From positions 23,188,001 to 23,252,000 of the forward strand of contig CM068747.1 in NCBI GenBank assembly GCA_035084275.1: 64,000 bases of DNA, read 5' to 3'. Below the pieces are notes generated by a model, which was not told the origin of the DNA, searched no databases, and saw only the letters and a list, made by a program, of their open reading frames with translations. Shown here piece after piece: positions 63,065 to 64,000 of the stretch. The DNA is from Hydrolagus colliei (lineage: Eukaryota). Every line of letters begins with the position of its first letter. Positions within the stretch are counted from its first letter, which is position 1. The position numbers and the translations under genes were made by a program.

Positions 63065-63400
63065 CTCACTTGGCTCCACTGGCTGTCCCACAAGGGATCA
63101 AGATCCTCACATACAAATCACTCTATGGCAATCTTAATTCTGCAACCTCATCGACCTTAACAATGTCAACCCGGCCATTCCCTCTGATCAGCAAACACTG
63201 GCATGCTTTGTGTTCCTCACCCAAGTGACCCTACCATTGTTTAACAAGCTGTCAGTTATTCTGCCCTGCTCTCTGAAACTCCATCGGGGAGCCACACTGA
63301 CCTGCCTCCTCCAGCCTCACTTTTAAAACCCACCTTAAGACATCTCATTGATGGTGCTTTTGCTGAATTATCACCCCCGACCCAAGAACCACCCACTCTC
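63065..63400 (+). mobile_element. Degenerate L2 3' fragment
   Basis: GGCTCCACTGGCTG...AAGATCCTC...AACTCCATC...TTTAAAACCCACCTTAAGAC resembles the copy at 20340. Confidence 0.55.
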
Positions 63401-64000
63401 TTCATCTTTCTCCACCAGTTATAATGTAGGCTGTATTAAGGGAACACTTTAAACATTGTGTTGCCCCTCTCTTAAGTGTTGGGGAATGAAGTTGTATCTG
63501 CATGATGGGGGAAGTGAAGTTTCAGAGCAGTGATTGATAGTATGGAGAGAGAGAGAGAGATTTGCAAGTAGAATACAACCCGAAAAAAGTTGAGGTGGCC
63601 TTATTATGCAATATGCAATAAGATGGAAGGTTTCCATGCCCTGGAGTGAGTGTTCAGAATTTGGTACGTCTGATCTTATTTATTCTGGGTAATTCTTTCT
63701 CTCCCTTTAGTTCCCTCTCATAAACCAGGAAAAGTGTCTTTCCTGCTTGGAGGAGTGCATAGGATCGCTTTGTCCCTAATTGTGTGTTCTCAGTAAAAGA
63801 GCTTATTGCTTAGAACATTCAAGGTGTAAAGTCTTATTCTCTGCTTAATGGCATGAAGAGCATGTATCATATGAGGGATTTCTAAAAATTGCTGCTGAGT
63901 AAATAGTTTGATTTATTGTGTTCTGGGGCATTTTAAGTTAAGTTACTTTTAGCTAGCGTTTGCAGGAGGCAGGAGGAAATCCGTCTCCCCTCTCTCTCTG

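Overview
Vertebrate genomic DNA, most likely a cartilaginous fish and possibly a holocephalan (inferred from Deu/SacSINE-like tRNA-SINEs, L2 and CR1 LINEs and short introns). All genes are on the + strand. The window holds the last exons of CCDC141 (1.5-8.6 kb), an orphan two-exon Ig domain plus a candidate linker exon (14.7-17.2 kb), and the 5' part of titin/connectin (TTN). The TTN portion runs from the TATA promoter and non-coding exon 1 (18.7 kb) through the ATG at 20991, the Z-disc exons and proximal I-band Ig exons I1-I15 to the novex cassette, whose novex-3 terminal exon stops at 60992. Exon boundaries were placed by hand from GT/AG sites and reading-frame phase. Exon numbers and all comparisons with human TTN/CCDC141 come from recalled knowledge and need an alignment to confirm. 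Main finding: a stop-free, phase-compatible splice path links the CCDC141 Ig exon to titin exon 2 through the orphan exons, suggesting a CCDC141-titin fusion isoform that competes with a CCDC141 membrane-tail ending. Other highlights are a 5'UTR hairpin across the exon 1/2 junction, a Gly-rich repeat expansion in exon 7 with only two Z-repeats, a decayed novex-1, extra novex-region Ig domains, and a novex-3 split by a short intron carrying a stop and AATAAA.
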